Source: an uncultured Chloroflexia bacterium (lineage in GTDB: Bacteria > Chloroflexota > Limnocylindria > QHBO01). Taken from it: a stretch of DNA of 64,000 bases. The stretch spans positions 274,248 to 338,247 of the forward strand of contig CAWANT010000006.1 of assembly GCA_963783495.1 (NCBI GenBank), in the 5' to 3' direction. Below the pieces are notes generated by a model, which saw only the letters and a list, made by a program, of their open reading frames with translations, did not search any database and was not told where the DNA came from. The position numbers were made by a program, and so were the translations under genes. The number at the start of each line of letters is the position of its first letter. Positions within the stretch are counted from its first letter, which is position 1. Shown here piece after piece: positions 60,360 through 64,000 of the stretch.

Positions 60360-61959
60360 TTGGCAGACGTGAGGGCTGAACCGGCGCCGGCGACGGGCGG
60401 GACCAAGCCGCCCGTGCTCGAGATGCGCGGCATCACCAAGCGCTACCCCGGGGTCGTGGCCAACGACGGCATCGACCTCGAGGTTCGCGAGGGGGAGATC
60501 CACGCCCTGCTCGGCGAGAACGGCGCCGGCAAGCGCACCCTGATGAACATCCTCTACGGCCTGGCCGTGCCCGATGCCGGCCAGATCCTGCTCGACGGCA
60601 AGGAAGTCGAGATCGCCAGTCCGCACGACGCCATCCGCCGCGGCATCAGCATGGTCCACCAGCACTTCATGCTGGTGCCGGTGCTCTCGGTGGCGGAGAA
60701 CATCCTGCTCGGCGAGGAGCCGATGGCGGGGCGCGTCTTCCTGGATCGCGCCGCCTCCGAGCGCCGTATCAAGGAGCTGGGTGACCGCTTCGGCTGGGAG
60801 ATCGACCCGAACAAGCCGGTCGGCTCGCTGTCGGTCGGCTGGCAGCAGCGAGTCGAGATCCTCAAGGCCCTGTACCGCAACGCGCGCGTGCTGGTGCTGG
60901 ACGAGCCGACGGCGGTGCTGACGCCGCAGGAGACGAAGGAGATCTTCGAGGTCCTGCGCAAGCTGCGCGGCGAGGGCTACGCGCATCATCTTCATCAGCC
61001 ACAAGCTGTACGAGGTGCTGGAGGTCGCCGACCGCATCACCGTCATCCGGCGCGGCAAGGTGGTCGGCAGCCGCATCCCCGCGAGACCGACGAGGACGAC
61101 CTGGCCAAGCTGATGGTCGGGCGGGACGTGGAGCTCACCGTCGATCGCGGCGAGAGCCATCCGGCGCAGCCGGTGCTCAGCGTCGCCAACCTCATCGTTC
61201 GCGACGATCGCGGCCACGACGTGGTGCGCGACGTCTCATTCGACGTGCGGGCCGGCGAGATCTTCGGCATCGCCGGCGTGGCCGGCAACGGCCAGGACGA
61301 GCTGGTGGAGGCGGTGGTCGGGCTGCGCCACGCCACCAGCGGCACGGTGACGCTGGCCGGCACCGACATCACCGGCGCCTCGCCGCGGACGCTGCACAAG
61401 ATGGGTCTCGGCTTCGTCCCCGGCGACCGCCATCGCTTCGGGCATGGTGCTGAGCTTCCCGCTCACCGACAACCTGGTGCTCAACGACTACTACCACGCC
61501 CCGTACGCGCGCGGCCTGCGCCGCAACGACGACGGCGATCGAGGCCTACGCCAAGGAGGCGATCGAGAAGTACGACGTGCGCACGCCATCGGCCGATGTC
61601 ACCGCCGGCACCCTGTCCGGCGGCAACCAGCAGAAGGTGGTGGTGGCCCGCGAGTTCGAGGGGGAGCTGAAGCTGCTGGTCCTCGACCAGCCGACGCGCG
61701 GCCTGGACGTGGGCAGCATCGAATTCATCCATCGCCAGGCCATTGCCCGGCGCGATACCGGCGTCGCCATCCTGCTCGTCTCCGCCGAGCTGGACGAGGT
61801 GCTGGAGATGTCGGACCGGATCGGTGTCATGTTCCGAGGGCAGCTGGTGGCGGTGCTCGACGGGCCGAGCGCCGATCGGGACGAGGTGGGCCTGCTGATG
61901 GCCACCGGCGGACGTGCCGGCGGGGTCGCAGCCGCAGACCCGTGGAGGATGCGCCGTGA
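60360..61959 (+). CDS. Nucleoside/monosaccharide ABC ATPase with two NBDs (NupA-like), frameshifted
   Basis: [51 protein letters not shown]. Confidence 0.9.
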
Positions 61960-63104
61960 CCGCGGCCGACGCCGCGCACGCCGCCCGCTCGGCGCCGCAT
62001 CCTGGACGTCACCCTGCTGCCGGCCATCGCCATCGGCCTGGCGCTCATCTTCGGCGCGGTGCTGATGATCCTGTCCAGCCCGCTGATCAGCGGCTTCGAC
62101 CCCTTCCTGCCGATCACCGCCTACCGGGCGCTGCTGGAAGGTTCGGTCGGCTCGCTGAACTCGATCGTCAACACGCTGGTCAATGCGACGCCGCTGGTGC
62201 TGGCCGGCCTGGCGGTCGGCATCGGCTTCAAGGGCGGCCTGTTCAACATCGGTGCCCAGGGCCAGTTCCTGCTGGGCGCGCTGTGTGCCTCGGTCGCCGC
62301 CATCGCGCTGAACGATGCCAGCCCGTGGGTCGCCATCCCGGTGTCGCTGATCGCCGGCATGCTGGGCGGCATGGCCTGGGGCTTCATCCCCGGCTTCCTG
62401 AAGGCGTTCACCGGTGCCCACGAGGTGGTCACCACCATCATGCTCAACTTCGTGGCCATCTACCTGGTGTCGTACGTCATCAGCGGGCCGCTGCGCGGCA
62501 CCGGACCGGAGGTCACCTTCGCCCGGACCGACGCCATCGTGGCGGCCGAGCTGCCGATCATCATCGGCCGCAACGGGCACCTGGGCCTCCTCTTCGCCGC
62601 CATCGCCGTGCCGCTCGCCTGGTGGCTGCTCTACCGCAGCACCACCGGCTTCGAGATTCGGACCACGGGGCGAACCCGGATGCCGCCCGCTATGCCGGCA
62701 TGCACCCGCGCTGGCTGATCGTCCTGACCATGTCGATCTGCGGACTGCTGGCCGGACTGGCCGGCGCCGGCGAGATCCTGGGCGAGGTCGGCTACATGCC
62801 TGCCTCGTATGGCACGACGGTCGGCTTCGACGCCATCGCGGTGGCGCTGCTGGGCCGGGCCAACCCGGTCGGCATCGTCTTCGCCGCCCTCCTGTTCGGC
62901 GCCATGCAGGCCGGCGCTGGGCTGATGCAGGTCCAGGCCGGCATCCCGGCCCAGATGGTTGCCGTCCTGCAGGCGGTGATCCTCTTCTTCCTGGCCGCCG
63001 AGACCGTGGTGCGTCGCGTCTTCAAGGTGCGCACGGCGGGGACCGGCGTCGGAACCGAGCTGCAGACGGTGAGCCGCAGCTACGGCGAGCAGGCGACGAG
63101 GTAG
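61956..63104 (+). CDS. Nucleoside ABC permease (NupB-like), frameshifted
   Basis: GLFNIGAQGQ, HEVVTTIMLN, GFDAIAVALLG. Confidence 0.88.
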   Translation: MTAADAAHAARSAPHPGRHPAAGHRHRPGAHLRRGADDPVQPADQRLRPLPADHRLPGAAGRFGRLAELDRQHAGQCDAAGAGRPGGRHRLQGRPVQHRCPGPVPAGRAVCLGRRHRAERCQPVGRHPGVADRRHAGRHGLGLHPRLPEGVHRCPRGGHHHHAQLRGHLPGVVRHQRAAARHRTGGHLRPDRRHRGGRAADHHRPQRAPGPPLRRHRRAARLVAALPQHHRLRDSDHGANPDAARYAGMHPRWLIVLTMSICGLLAGLAGAGEILGEVGYMPASYGTTVGFDAIAVALLGRANPVGIVFAALLFGAMQAGAGLMQVQAGIPAQMVAVLQAVILFFLAAETVVRRVFKVRTAGTGVGTELQTVSRSYGEQATR

Positions 63105-63110
63105 GGGCCG

Positions 63111-64000
63111 ATGGAGTTCCTGTACGACATCCCGATCATCGGCCTGGTCATCCAGTTCGTCGTCTACGTCATCGTCCAGCTGCCGATCCTGGCGCCCACG
63201 ATCATGGCCGCGGCCGTGCCGATCGTGCTGGGAGCCCTGTGCGGGTTCATGAACGAGCGATCCGGCGTGGTCAACATCGGCATCGAGGGCATGATGCTGA
63301 CCGCCGCCTTCGTGGCCTGGTGGGCGTCCTCCATCGCCGGCGCAGCTCCTGCCGGACCTGAAGATCGCGGTCATGGGCATCACGCTGCCGCTGTTGATCG
63401 GCCTGGCCGTCGCCATCCTGGCCGCCATGGCGGTGTCGGCCGTCCATGCCTGGCTGTCGATCTCGGTGCGGGCCGACCAGATCATCAGCGGCACCATCAT
63501 CAACATCTTCGCGGTCGGCATCACCGGCTACCTGAATCTGCTCATCAGCCAGCACTCGCCGCCATCGGCCGGCCAGTTCCAGGACCTGCGCTGCCGTCGT
63601 TCCTGATCGACATCCCGGTCATCGGCCCGCTGATCGACGCGCTGCTCGGGGTGGCCCGATCGCGCTGAGCATGCTGGTCAGCGTGATCCTGCTGCAGGTG
63701 CTCCTCTTCCGATCGCGCTGGGGGCTGCGCACCCGTTCGGTCGGCGAGCATCCGAAGGCCGCCGAGACGGTGGGCATCGACGTCATCAAGCTGCGCTATC
63801 GCAACGTCATCCTGGGCGGCGTCTTCGCCGGGCTGGCGGGCGCCTACCTGACGATCGAGTTCGGCAACGCCTTCCAGGGCGAGATGACCGCCGGGCGCGG
63901 CTTCATCGCGCTGGCGGCGCTGATCTTCGGCCGCTGGACGCCCATCGGCGCCTTCGGCGCGGCGCTGCTGTTCACCGCCTCCACCGGCCTGCAGCGCTCG
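63111..64000 (+). CDS. Nucleoside ABC permease (NupC-like), frameshifted, runs off the window end
   Basis: ERSGVVNIGIEGMML, ADQIISG, GEHPKAA, GRGFIALAALIFGRW. Confidence 0.88.

Noticed and set aside
60513-60545. Non-canonical Walker A (GENGAGKRT) in the nucleoside ATPase
   Set aside because: One base change (AGC to CGC) explains it in an error-rich region, so it is not credible as biology without reads.
1-64000. CRISPR array, rRNA, prophage or defence island
   Set aside because: No regularly spaced direct repeats, rRNA signatures, phage genes or recognisable defence domains were seen.
41040-64000. Calling the split genes pseudogenes or programmed frameshifts
   Set aside because: Housekeeping genes are affected, catalytic motifs are intact and I saw no shared slippery sequence at the breaks, so sequencing error is the simpler explanation.

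Overview
High-GC bacterial chromosomal window. Gene content and style suggest Chloroflexota, possibly Limnocylindria/Ellin6529-like (inference only). It holds about 62 CDS and two tRNAs (Arg-UCG, His-GUG). I saw no CRISPR array, rRNA, integrase or transposase. More than half of the genes are split by single-base indels, including housekeeping genes, which is most consistent with long-read consensus errors, so split genes are reported as reconstructed CDS. Main content: several ABC exporters, pgsA/plsY, ndh, aceE, a DUF2089-DUF4097-SHOCT-like operon, a KimA-like transporter, an arsC-arsR-arsM cluster, a sugar ABC importer, NUDIX and topoisomerase IB, pncB, glgC, a class A PBP, an M23 peptidase, pepA, adenosine deaminase and a BMP nucleoside ABC importer. 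The best leads are: (1) an intact, apparently circularly permuted sugar-binding lipoprotein; (2) a divergent, translationally coupled operon of a ParB/Srx-domain protein, a metallophosphoesterase and a ligand-less Rieske-like protein; (3) a long, switch-like structured 5' leader on a CAP-domain gene in a window where many genes look leaderless.
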